Translations under genes and position numbers: made by a program
DNA from: Nitrospinota bacterium
GTDB taxonomy: Bacteria > Nitrospinota > Nitrospinia > Nitrospinales > VA-1
Direction of reading: 5' to 3'
NCBI GenBank assembly: GCA_038108555.1
Contig: JAYNIA010000002.1
Location: 133,761-169,695 of the forward strand
Length of the DNA: 35,935 nt
In this document: one piece after another, positions 27,271-35,935 of the stretch
Layout: each line of letters opens with the position of its first letter
How positions within the stretch are numbered: the first letter of the stretch is position 1
The notes under the pieces: model-generated
Told to the model about the DNA's origin: nothing
Databases searched by the model: none
Seen by the model: the letters and a program-made list of their open reading frames with translations, nothing else

Positions 27271-28797
27271 ATGGAATTTGCGATCAATTTTGATGATATG
27301 AACTGGGTGGCCATTGGACCCGAGTTTATTATCCTGGGCACTGCTTTTTTTCTTCTTCTTGCAGGGCTGAAAAAGGAGTGGAACCGCAATAATTTCCTGT
27401 CCATGTTTACCTTTGCTGGGGTGGGATCTGCAGTTATTCTTACCCTCATTCTTTGGGTCGATGCTCCCACCGCAGCCAACGGGAACAGTCCGGAAATGTT
27501 CAGCAATGCGCTGATTAATGACCGGTTCTCCCTGATTTTTAATTTAATTATTCTGGGAATGGCCCTTTTCCCCATTTTCGGATCGGTCCGGTACCCTCAA
27601 AGCGACCATGAAAATAAAGCGGAATATTTCACCCTGCTTTTAATGGCAATTGCCGGAATGATGTTCCTGGCCAAATCCGGCAATTTAATGACCGTATTTT
27701 TATCCTTGGAACTGTTTTCCATTTCCCTATACATCCTTTGTGGATTTTCAGCAAAACACGGGACGGGAAAAGAAGGGCCCAGCACCGCTCCCGAATTGAG
27801 CTGGCTGACCATTTCATCACAAGAGTCCGCCGTCAAATACATGCTGACCGGGGCCTTTGCTTCAGCCGTTCTGGTTTATGGAATGGCACTCATTTATGCA
27901 GGAAGTGGAACCACAGAGATCCGCATGATAGGTCAATTGATAGAAGAAAATCCCTACACAAAAAATTCCCTGGTCTACATTGGAATGGGATTGATGTTCT
28001 GTGGTCTCGCATTTAAAGTTTCCCTGGTTCCCTTTCATTCCTGGACACCTGATGTTTACCAGGGAGCACCGACGCCAATAACTGGGTTTATGTCTGTTGC
28101 CACAAAAGCAGCCGTCTTTGCAGTCATCGCGCGAATTTTCTTCACATCATTTCCCGATTTGGACAAAATCTGGATGCCCATTCTTTTTGGAGCATCGGTG
28201 CTAACCATGCTGGTAGGCAATACCGCTGCTATTTTCCAAGACGACCTTAAACGAATGCTGGCCTATTCCGGGGTGGCACATGCGGGATATCTGTTGATTG
28301 GCATCGTGACCAATACACAGGAAGGAATGGCAAGCATCCTTTTTTATCTGGCGGTCTATCTCTTTATGAATATCGGAGCCTTCGCTATTGTTTTTATGAT
28401 GGAAGGAGAAGGTCAGGAAGGAAACTCCATCAACCGGTTTAAGGGGCTCGCAAAAAGAAATCCTTTTTTAGCAGCAGCCATGAGCTTGTTTATGGTTTCT
28501 CTTGCAGGGTTTCCACCCACCGCCGGATTTTTTGGCAAGCTGTTTCTATTTTATGCGGCAATCAAAAAAGGTTATATCCTGATCACTGTTTTGGCCGTTG
28601 CAGCAAGTATTATTTCAGTCTATTTTTATCTCCGCGTCATTGTCATGATGTATTTCCATGATGATGAAGCAGCCCCTCAGCCATCCATTCATACTGGAAT
28701 GCAGGCCCTGGTCACCGTTAGCACCATTGCCGTCCTTGCAATCGGACTGTTTCCATCCTTTCTTATGGAAATTGCCCGTGGGGCGATCCCCTTTTAA
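27271..28797 (+). CDS. nuoN: NADH-quinone oxidoreductase subunit N
   Basis: About 14 TM; FLSLELFSISLYIL, ESAVKY, FKVSLVPFHSWTPDVYQGAP, KRMLAYSGVAHAGY, SLAGFPPTAGFFGK, YFYLRVI. Confidence 0.93.
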   Translation: MEFAINFDDMNWVAIGPEFIILGTAFFLLLAGLKKEWNRNNFLSMFTFAGVGSAVILTLILWVDAPTAANGNSPEMFSNALINDRFSLIFNLIILGMALFPIFGSVRYPQSDHENKAEYFTLLLMAIAGMMFLAKSGNLMTVFLSLELFSISLYILCGFSAKHGTGKEGPSTAPELSWLTISSQESAVKYMLTGAFASAVLVYGMALIYAGSGTTEIRMIGQLIEENPYTKNSLVYIGMGLMFCGLAFKVSLVPFHSWTPDVYQGAPTPITGFMSVATKAAVFAVIARIFFTSFPDLDKIWMPILFGASVLTMLVGNTAAIFQDDLKRMLAYSGVAHAGYLLIGIVTNTQEGMASILFYLAVYLFMNIGAFAIVFMMEGEGQEGNSINRFKGLAKRNPFLAAAMSLFMVSLAGFPPTAGFFGKLFLFYAAIKKGYILITVLAVAASIISVYFYLRVIVMMYFHDDEAAPQPSIHTGMQALVTVSTIAVLAIGLFPSFLMEIARGAIPF

Positions 28798-28907
28798 AAT
28801 CGCCTGTTTTCACCAGGTTCACAATTCAAAATTAAACTTCCCCCGCTTTTATCCCGTTATAATAGAATAGTTTGAGCAATCTGACGGCTATTCAACCCTA
28901 AATTAAA

Positions 28908-30110
28908 ATGCGATCCTTTCTCATTGCCATTTTTTGTATTTTACTTGCCGCTTGCGGCCCCTCCAGTAATTCTCCCGAATACAAAATCGAGAAATTTACC
29001 AGCCAGATTGAAGACGACCCTGAAAACCCCACTTTCCACTACGAACTGGGAAGAGCCTATATCGAAAAAAAGAAATATCGCTCAGCCCTAAAAGCATTGG
29101 TCGAAGCGATACGCCTCAAACCAGACTACGGAGAAGCCTATCGCGAAAAGGGAATTACCTTATTTTATTTAAAGAAATATTTTGATGCAGAAAAGGCTCT
29201 CAACAAATCCTTTTCACTCAACCCCACCCATGCAGATATTGCAACAGACTTGGGTTCTATTTTCATTGCAACGGGAAATGTAAAGAAATCCCTCAGATTT
29301 CTACAAATGGCGCAAACCCGAAACAGCAATATGCATATTGTATTTAACAATATGGGTGCCGCCCATGCTGAAATCGGTCAAAACAAACAGGCAATCAATT
29401 ATTGGAAAAAAGCATTGGAGCACCATCCTTTCATGACAGAAGTGCATATAAATATGGGTGTGGTGTATGAAAGGATGGGAAAAGAAAAAAAAGCAATGGC
29501 TTCTTACCAAAAGGCATTAGAGCAAGACAAAAACAATCCCATGGCTCATTTCAATATTGGAGTGATCCATGCAAAAAACGATGACATCCCCAAAGCAATA
29601 GAGTTCTGGGAAAAGGCACGAAAACTGGACCCAAAAGATGACAAGACCCTTTTAAGTCTGGGTTGGGCTTATGAAAAATCAGGGGATAAAGAACGTGCAC
29701 TAAAAGAAATACTAAAATCAATAAAACTGGAACCCTTCAATTACGAATCTCATTATGCTGCAGGAAGAATCCAATCTGATCTGGGAGAGTTTGATAATGC
29801 AATTGAGTCCCTAAAAAAATCGGTACATCTCGATCCGGAATTTGGCGACGCCTATTATAGGGTGGGCATCGTTTACGACAATCAAAATGAAGGTATCGAT
29901 GCCATATCAAACACCCTCATCGCAGAAATTATTTTCCATAAAAAAAAGAAAATGGATTTATTCAAAAAAATGGGAACACAATTGAAATCTTTGTTTGACA
30001 AATACCAGTTGGCACGCAGCGACTTTACGGAACTACAATTGCCCGACACCCTTAAGGGATACGATCTTCATAAAAAACCAAAAAGAATTCGCACTTCCCG
30101 GGAAAAGTAA
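28908..30110 (+). CDS. TPR-repeat lipoprotein
   Basis: Lipobox LLAA|C; consecutive 34-aa TPR repeats. Confidence 0.85.
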   Translation: MRSFLIAIFCILLAACGPSSNSPEYKIEKFTSQIEDDPENPTFHYELGRAYIEKKKYRSALKALVEAIRLKPDYGEAYREKGITLFYLKKYFDAEKALNKSFSLNPTHADIATDLGSIFIATGNVKKSLRFLQMAQTRNSNMHIVFNNMGAAHAEIGQNKQAINYWKKALEHHPFMTEVHINMGVVYERMGKEKKAMASYQKALEQDKNNPMAHFNIGVIHAKNDDIPKAIEFWEKARKLDPKDDKTLLSLGWAYEKSGDKERALKEILKSIKLEPFNYESHYAAGRIQSDLGEFDNAIESLKKSVHLDPEFGDAYYRVGIVYDNQNEGIDAISNTLIAEIIFHKKKKMDLFKKMGTQLKSLFDKYQLARSDFTELQLPDTLKGYDLHKKPKRIRTSREK

Positions 30111-30124
30111 AAGAATTTTCCTGC

Positions 30125-30562
30125 TTAACGGTCAAGTGTAAACGTAACCGGCCCATCATTAACCAACTCGACCTTCATATCGGCCCCAAATTTACCCGTA
30201 ACAACTTTAAGGCCGGAATTCGAAACTTCTTCAACAAATCTTTCATATAATATCCGGGCCTGTTCGGGTGGCGCTGCATTATCAAATCCGGGCCGACGCC
30301 CCTTCCTACAATCACCGGCAAGGGTGAATTGGGAAACTACCAGGATTTCACCTCCGATATCCAGACAAGAGTCGTTCATCTTTCCCTGCGAATCTGAAAA
30401 CACTCTCAAATTAAGGGTTTTCTCTGAAAGAAATTTTACCTTGTCCTCATCGTCATTTTTTTCCGCACCAAAAAGGATCAGGAGCCCTCTGGAAACCGAA
30501 GCTATTGTCTCCCCCTCAACAACCACCGAAGCCCTACTGACTCTTTGCAGAACGATTTTCAT
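30125..30562 (-). CDS. dtd: D-aminoacyl-tRNA deacylase
   Basis: VLQRVSRASV, SQFTL, FGADMKVELVNDGPVT. Confidence 0.95.
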   Translation of the reverse strand: MKIVLQRVSRASVVVEGETIASVSRGLLILFGAEKNDDEDKVKFLSEKTLNLRVFSDSQGKMNDSCLDIGGEILVVSQFTLAGDCRKGRRPGFDNAAPPEQARILYERFVEEVSNSGLKVVTGKFGADMKVELVNDGPVTFTLDR

Positions 30563-30608
30563 AAATTAAGAACTGAATATTCTAAGACTGGAAGTTAATG
30601 AGGAGGGA

Positions 30609-30785
30609 TTATCGGGCACGGAAGATTCTTTTGTCCGTTCCACCGGGGCCAATAACAACCTTCACCTGCCCGAAACATTTAGGGCAACGCCCCTCATAGG
30701 CATTGCCATCTTTATTGATATATATGCGGCGGTATATATTGCAGCACTCAAACATTATTCCTAAAAACTTTTTATCCTTTTCCAT
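30609..30785 (-). CDS. 58-aa Cys-rich (CC...CxxC) putative zinc-binding protein
   Basis: Below the ORF-track cutoff. Manual translation MEKDKKFLGIMFECCNIYRRIYINKDGNAYEGRCPKCFGQVKVVIGPGGTDKRIFRAR; fills the gap between the TerB-like gene and dtd on the same strand. Confidence 0.75.
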   Translation of the reverse strand: MEKDKKFLGIMFECCNIYRRIYINKDGNAYEGRCPKCFGQVKVVIGPGGTDKRIFRAR

Positions 30786-30818
30786 AAATATTAAGAATAT
30801 AAAAGTTATAAAAGCTTG

Positions 30819-31721
30819 TTAACCCTGCAGGGTTTTTCTTGCACGGACCTTGGACTGGATAAATGTGCCATGGGAAATTCGCATGGCTTTTGTAATTCGC
30901 CTTATTTCCTCTGTCTCATCATGGGCAAGGTCACCATCAGCACATGCAACCACAAAAAGGCATTCCATAAATTGCAGCCGATCATTATAGGAAGTCAGAC
31001 GGTTTATTTCTGTTACCACCTCATGAAAATCAAAATCCTGTTTTCCCTGCTCCTCAACCACCTCCAAAAGCAGAGCCAATTCTTTTCCTTTTAACTCAAA
31101 TTGATCTGCCAGACATTTTTTTAACGCCTTTTTTTCTGCGGGATCCAAATGATTATCCACATGGGCGATAGAAGCCATCAATGTTCCCAACAAACAAATA
31201 AAATACAATTTATCTTCAGGAAGCTTGGACACAACCCCTGCATGTGAACTTTTCAACTCAATCTTTTTGAGAACCCGCCTTTTGAAATATTTTTCCATAT
31301 CCGGATTCGGATCACGCGCATGTTTGAATATGGTTTTTTGGAACAGGTTTCTAATTCTTCCGAACGACCTTTTGGTGAAAGAAGATTTTTCCAGCCATTC
31401 AGAAAACTGGTCCACCAACTGTCTCTCATCTCCTTTCATTCTTTTATGAACCTGCACCATATTTTCCAGAGCAGCCACGATCTCTTCCTTTTCAGCGGGC
31501 GTGGACAATTCTGCGATCATCTGGCGATATAACAAATCCTTTTCCTTTTTCGATACAGGAGCATTGAGGTAAGGTTTGAGTTCATCCAGTTCATGTCGGG
31601 AAAGGTCAAATTTCCTGTAAAACGATTTTAGAATATTAAGTTCAGACTGGCTCACTTCTCCATCGGCCCAGGCCACGGTAGTCAGCACTTTGAGGAATGT
31701 TAGTTTTTTAAACTTTGACAT
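30819..31721 (-). CDS. TerB-family (tellurite resistance/DjlA N-terminal-like) protein with tandem TerB domains
   Basis: Repeated motifs VAWADGEVSQSE, IAHVDNHLDPAE, VACADGDLAHDE. Confidence 0.8.
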   Translation of the reverse strand: MSKFKKLTFLKVLTTVAWADGEVSQSELNILKSFYRKFDLSRHELDELKPYLNAPVSKKEKDLLYRQMIAELSTPAEKEEIVAALENMVQVHKRMKGDERQLVDQFSEWLEKSSFTKRSFGRIRNLFQKTIFKHARDPNPDMEKYFKRRVLKKIELKSSHAGVVSKLPEDKLYFICLLGTLMASIAHVDNHLDPAEKKALKKCLADQFELKGKELALLLEVVEEQGKQDFDFHEVVTEINRLTSYNDRLQFMECLFVVACADGDLAHDETEEIRRITKAMRISHGTFIQSKVRARKTLQG

Positions 31722-31793
31722 TGGATTACTCTAGAGAATTAATTTACTTGAATAAAACTTTTTAAAACAAAACTGGGAGATCGCTGAGGAATC

Positions 31794-33065
31794 CTAATCA
31801 AAGCGATTCAGCCACAACCGACCGGATTGCCCAGACCAGGCAAAAAGGTCTAGAAACCGGTCTTTGTTGATATCTCCGAAGGTCATATGGTCGAATCTGT
31901 TAAACCGAGGGATTCGGCGATCCGTTTCATCAGAAAATTCCCAACCTCCTCGTCCCTGCAAATAATAAACCCCATTCGAGGTCAGAATCAAGGCATCCAC
32001 GAGGGTATTGCCATTTCCATCCAAGAGGTAAACTTTTTTTGAGGGAATACGCGGAAGAATTTTATGTGAGCGTTTTATGAAGTTTCCCCCTCCCGTATTT
32101 TCTAAAAAATAATTTATTTCCTCCGGGTGCCCCCGATAAATTTTATGTATTGACCTGTTTACAATGAGAAGGTCATTATCACCATCCCGGTCAAAATCTG
32201 CCCAATCAGCATGCATGCTGTCATCCAGGATACGAGGCAGCTTTGAGGAAGTGTCATCTAAAAATTTCCCCACACCATTATTCATTAATAATCTGTTCTG
32301 CCCTTTTGCATATACCAAAAATATATCCACCACCCCATCACCATCGTAATCGGCAATTGAAGCATCTTTAATTCCAGGAGGGAGTTTGGGCATTAACAAT
32401 GAGGTTAAATTTTCAAACCTGTCATTTCCCTGGTTGATCCAAACCATGGCCTGATAACTTTTAGAAGCGGATGACTTAATTTTTCTTCCAAAGAAAAACA
32501 GGTCTTGATCCGCATCTCCATCAAGATCCACCGGGATAACTTTTTCCACCCCCGGGACAAGGGAAAATTTTCCGACATTATCTTTAGGGTAAAAATACCC
32601 TTTTTTATTATTAAATAAAATTTGAACCCTGGGGCCCTGCTTTCCTTCGAGAATCAAAATAAGGTCATCTCCTCCATCCCGGTTTAAATCAGCCGCAGAA
32701 AAAAAGCGTATTTTTTCGTTGTTTTTTTCAGTCCATTGTCCGGTCCGCTTCTTCAAAAACCCTTTTTTTCCCTGGTGCATGAGAACAAACAATTCCAACT
32801 TTGATTGGGTTAACACGGCCAGATCTGACAAAGAGTCTTGATTCGCACGCAGAAAACGGGCTTCTGATACCGAAAACCTTTCAGCAGGGAAAAGATGGGT
32901 AGCATCCCGAAACCTTTGACTGGCGGGGTTATCTGCTACATGCGGTTTAGCCCCCCCACCACAGGCGGGGAGGAATAGAATGGACAGCAGTCCTAAAATC
33001 AGGAATTTAATCGAAAAGAGAGGGAGGAAGCTCTTTTTCTGACAAGTCAACTTGCATGCCTTCAT
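31794..33065 (-). CDS. FG-GAP/VCBS repeat beta-propeller lipoprotein
   Basis: Lipobox-like FLPA|CGGG; repeated DxDxDGxxD motifs (DLNRDGGDDL, DLDGDADQDL, DYDGDGVVDI, DFDRDGDNDL, DINKDRFLDL). Start uncertain; overlaps the upstream gene. Confidence 0.8.
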   Translation of the reverse strand: MKACKLTCQKKSFLPLFSIKFLILGLLSILFLPACGGGAKPHVADNPASQRFRDATHLFPAERFSVSEARFLRANQDSLSDLAVLTQSKLELFVLMHQGKKGFLKKRTGQWTEKNNEKIRFFSAADLNRDGGDDLILILEGKQGPRVQILFNNKKGYFYPKDNVGKFSLVPGVEKVIPVDLDGDADQDLFFFGRKIKSSASKSYQAMVWINQGNDRFENLTSLLMPKLPPGIKDASIADYDGDGVVDIFLVYAKGQNRLLMNNGVGKFLDDTSSKLPRILDDSMHADWADFDRDGDNDLLIVNRSIHKIYRGHPEEINYFLENTGGGNFIKRSHKILPRIPSKKVYLLDGNGNTLVDALILTSNGVYYLQGRGGWEFSDETDRRIPRFNRFDHMTFGDINKDRFLDLFAWSGQSGRLWLNRFD

Positions 33066-33867
33066 AAGCAGCTACACTTTTGGGAAAAAGCTGACGGGCT
33101 TCGGCTTCAATTTTTTGAACAAACTCGTCATTGTGATTGGGATCGTGGTGGAATAAAACAAATTTTTCAACATTGGCAGCCTCTGCAACCTTGATTCCCT
33201 CTTTCATTGTACTGTGCCCCCAACCCTTTTTTGAAAACTCTCCATTCAACCCATAATATTCATCATCGGTATACTGAGAATCGTAAATAAGAACATCGGC
33301 ATCTTTAGCGAGGTTAATCAAGTTTGTGTTTGGCCTGTCATCATAATGTTCGCAATCGGTGGCAAACACAAGGGACTGACCATCATGGTCGACCCTATAA
33401 GCATAACACCCATTTGGGTGATAAAGAGGGGTCAGGGTTACTTTATAGTTACTACCTTCAATAACCGCACCTGGTTTTACATCATGATAGGAAAGTTTTG
33501 CTGAAAATAAATCGGTTTTAACTGGAAAACAGGGCGGAGTCATTTGCTGGTTAAGCACTTCTTCAACGGTGACCGGAAGGCTGGTACCGCCAAAGATTCG
33601 AAACTCATTTCCCGGAACAAAGAACGGAGTAAAAAAAGGAAAACCCTGGATATGGTCCCAATGGACGTGGCTGAATAATATGGTGCCTTTAACAGGCATT
33701 TCCTTCAATAAAGCCATTCCCAGGTTGCGAAACCCCGTGCCTGTATCTATGACTATGAGTTCGTCTTCGCAGCGAATTTCTACACATGTTGTGTTCCCAC
33801 CTACCCCGGCAGTTTCCGGGTTTCCTGATGGAATGCTACCTCGAATTCCCCAAAATTTTATATACAC
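33007..33867 (-). CDS. MBL-fold metallo-hydrolase (RNase Z/PhnP-like family)
   Basis: FWGIRGSIP, GGNTTC, SHVHWDHIQG, WGHS, LFHHDP. GTG start at 33867 with AAGGA RBS. Confidence 0.88.
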   Translation of the reverse strand: MYIKFWGIRGSIPSGNPETAGVGGNTTCVEIRCEDELIVIDTGTGFRNLGMALLKEMPVKGTILFSHVHWDHIQGFPFFTPFFVPGNEFRIFGGTSLPVTVEEVLNQQMTPPCFPVKTDLFSAKLSYHDVKPGAVIEGSNYKVTLTPLYHPNGCYAYRVDHDGQSLVFATDCEHYDDRPNTNLINLAKDADVLIYDSQYTDDEYYGLNGEFSKKGWGHSTMKEGIKVAEAANVEKFVLFHHDPNHNDEFVQKIEAEARQLFPKSVAAYEGMQVDLSEKELPPSLFD

Positions 33868-33990
33868 AGTTGTATCCTTAAATACTTGTTCTGGAAAGAA
33901 CAAGGTGCCTCGGAAATTGAGTATTACCTCTAATGGAGAATAAAGGGCGCATTATAAACAATCCTCTTTTAGGTAACAATAGTTTCCTCG

Positions 33991-34797
33991 TTAAGCTGCG
34001 GAACTTGAAAAATTTTTTATTAAATCTAATTCCCAGGGAGTTAAACTTCCGGGAACCCATATTCCGGGAAATGACTTTTGAAAGCCCTCCAGAAACCATT
34101 GAGTGACTACATTATAATCCATATCGGTTTTTAATACGTCCTTGATGCTGGTCGTATTTGAAACCAGGGAATCCCAAACCGCCCGCTTTTCGACTTCGGA
34201 AGAGTATGTTAATAAGGAGTGGGTTAATTGCGGGTCCATATCCAAAATAACAGATCCATGCTGTAAAAAGGCAGATCGGAGTCTTCGCTGAGCACTGCCA
34301 ACTAGTTTTTTACCCCCAACGGTAATTTCACAATGATTGGCCACAGAAAAACAGGCGGGGGATCGTCTAGCGCCATCATGGGATTCGTTATCCCTCTTTC
34401 CTGCAACTTCTGCTCCCTGAATTTTCCCGATCTTTAGGGATTCGATGATCGCCTGGGATATTTTTCCAAAGGCCCCTCTAAAACTTCCGGGAAAGTACTG
34501 ATGCGGTATAGGCGCGACCACAGAATAGGTCATTTCGTGCTGATGGAGAAGTGCCCTGCCCCCCGTAATTCTGCGAACGACGGGAACACCTTTTTCTTCA
34601 CATGACTTCAGGTTTATATTTTTAGAAATATCCTGAGAATAGCCGATAGAAAGTGTGGGACGCTTCCAACCATAAAGACGCAAGGTGGGTGGTGCTTTAC
34701 CCTCATTGCATGCTTCAAGCATGGCACGGTCTGTTGCCATATTTAGAAGTCCGTCCCCCAAGGGGTCTTTTATTATCCTCCACTTATTTTCACCCAT
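33991..34797 (-). CDS. Lipoate-protein ligase A / octanoyltransferase (LipM-like) family protein
   Basis: NMATDRAML, LRLYGW, VRRITGGRALLH, KKLVGSAQRR, LQHGS. Start uncertain (34797-34842). Confidence 0.88.
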   Translation of the reverse strand: MGENKWRIIKDPLGDGLLNMATDRAMLEACNEGKAPPTLRLYGWKRPTLSIGYSQDISKNINLKSCEEKGVPVVRRITGGRALLHQHEMTYSVVAPIPHQYFPGSFRGAFGKISQAIIESLKIGKIQGAEVAGKRDNESHDGARRSPACFSVANHCEITVGGKKLVGSAQRRLRSAFLQHGSVILDMDPQLTHSLLTYSSEVEKRAVWDSLVSNTTSIKDVLKTDMDYNVVTQWFLEGFQKSFPGIWVPGSLTPWELDLIKNFSSSAA

Positions 34798-34862
34798 ACC
34801 AAACCTTTCCATCCCATAAAAAATCTTTTGACTCGATTGCAATCATTCTATAAATAATAGGT

Positions 34863-35879
34863 ATGTTAAAAAATAGCCAGCACAAACAAAATTTGATTTT
34901 TATCCTATGCTTTGTTTTTGTATCCTCACTGGGAAATGTTACATTCGCCTTTGAAAAATTTGGCCCTTTAAAAAAACAATGCCGGTCCACGTGCCACCAG
35001 GCGGAGCATATTAAACAAAGTCGAAAGGATAAACTGTCCAAACCTGAATGTATAAGCTGTCATTCAGATAATGGATCTCCCTTTACCTCACCCCAAAATT
35101 CGTTTTCTACAGTTAAAAACAGTCTCCTTTTGAAATCGCTGGTACAAACCGTTCCATCAAAAAACAAAAAAGAATTATCGCAAACTACCCCCTCCAAGAA
35201 AAATGAAATGGCCTTGATTCCAGAAGGTGAATTTGTCATGGGTTCTAATGAGAGATGGGATGATGAAGCACCAGAGCATATTTCGTTTACCAAGGCTTTT
35301 TACATGGATTTGAACGAGGTGACAAATTCAGATTATAAAAATTTTGTTGAGGCGAAAAAGCATGCAACTCCCTATCACTGGCCGGATGGGAACATTCCTA
35401 AAGGAAAGGAAAACCATCCGGTGGTTTATGTAAGCTGGTTCGATGCCAATGACTACTGCAAATGGGCAGGGAAAAGGTTACCAACAGAACAGGAATGGGA
35501 AAAAGCTGCACGTGGACTGGATGGCCTGATTTATCCCTGGGGAAACGAATGGTCTCTGGATAAATCGAACAACCCTTACAAGCACTCGACAGGAACCGAG
35601 CCTATCGGATCATACCCTGAAGGGAAAAGTCCCTATGGATTAAATGATATGTCCGGGAATGTCTGGGAATGGGTAGACAGTTTTTATCTGCCTCATCCTG
35701 GCAATCCGGTAACAAGGGCAGAGTACGGCAAAGACAAGAGAGTCCTTAAAGGGGGCTCCTGGTTTGATTGCCTGTCCTATGGTTGCGGTTTAAGCGCTCC
35801 AACATTTAACAGGAGCTTTTTCACACCGGAAGTTAAAAATAACAGTTTCGGTTTCCGTTGCGCCAAAGATGCAGGATAA
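34863..35879 (+). CDS. Exported FGE-sulfatase (SUMF1) domain protein with N-terminal c-type heme motifs
   Basis: Signal peptide; CRSTCH (34980-34997) and CISCH (35049-35063); FGE motifs IPEGEFVMG, EVTN, HPVVYVSW, RLPTEQEWEKAARG, DMSGNVWEW, KGGSW, GFRC. Confidence 0.88.
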   Translation: MLKNSQHKQNLIFILCFVFVSSLGNVTFAFEKFGPLKKQCRSTCHQAEHIKQSRKDKLSKPECISCHSDNGSPFTSPQNSFSTVKNSLLLKSLVQTVPSKNKKELSQTTPSKKNEMALIPEGEFVMGSNERWDDEAPEHISFTKAFYMDLNEVTNSDYKNFVEAKKHATPYHWPDGNIPKGKENHPVVYVSWFDANDYCKWAGKRLPTEQEWEKAARGLDGLIYPWGNEWSLDKSNNPYKHSTGTEPIGSYPEGKSPYGLNDMSGNVWEWVDSFYLPHPGNPVTRAEYGKDKRVLKGGSWFDCLSYGCGLSAPTFNRSFFTPEVKNNSFGFRCAKDAG

Positions 35880-35923
35880 TTTTTACTTTCAAACAAAATA
35901 AAGCAAACTCTTAGGAGTTTAAA

Positions 35924-35935
35924 ATGGAAAAACCC
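35924..35935 (+). CDS. Start of next gene (MEKP..., truncated by window edge)
   Basis: AGGAG RBS at 35913-35917 followed by ATG at 35924. Confidence 0.5.

Noticed and set aside
27114..28870. ORFs 27114..27575, 27597..27842, 27629..27820, 27738..28016, 28658..28870
   Set aside because: Antisense or off-frame overlaps of nuoN without recognisable motifs.
1..35935. tRNA, rRNA, CRISPR arrays, IS elements, prophage
   Set aside because: No cloverleaf, regularly spaced repeats, transposase or integrase motifs seen by eye; intergenic gaps are short. A tRNAscan/Infernal run would be decisive.

Overview
Bacterial chromosomal window, moderately AT-rich and densely coding (about 25 CDSs). I found no rRNA, tRNA, CRISPR array, transposase or prophage gene. 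The gene repertoire (many c-type heme proteins, an FGE-sulfatase-domain protein, an orphan nuoN, hybrid kinases) resembles Nitrospinota-like nitrite oxidisers, but that taxonomy is inference only. Left to right: a partial 2TM + PLD-like (DUF5919-like) + jelly-roll protein missed by the ORF track; a VWA/GATase membrane protein and DUF4159 pair; a PhnW-like aminotransferase; a heme-c/PilJ-NarX-type hybrid kinase split by one in-frame TAA; a TVP38/DedA protein; a di-heme peroxidase divergent from oxyR; a GAF-GAF hybrid kinase; an ABC-F ATPase; a stand-alone BLUF photoreceptor; a 2618-aa exported TolB/PD40-TPR-pseudoCHAT-TPR-CHAT protease; a hypothetical protein; nuoN; a TPR lipoprotein; a minus-strand run (lipoate ligase, MBL hydrolase, FG-GAP lipoprotein, TerB-like protein, an unannotated 58-aa Cys4 protein, dtd); and a di-heme/FGE-domain fusion. 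The best candidates for novelty are the giant duplicated CHAT protease, the heme-c + FGE fusion, the 2TM-PLD-like protein, the split heme/nitrate-type sensor kinase and the MauG-type peroxidase under OxyR.
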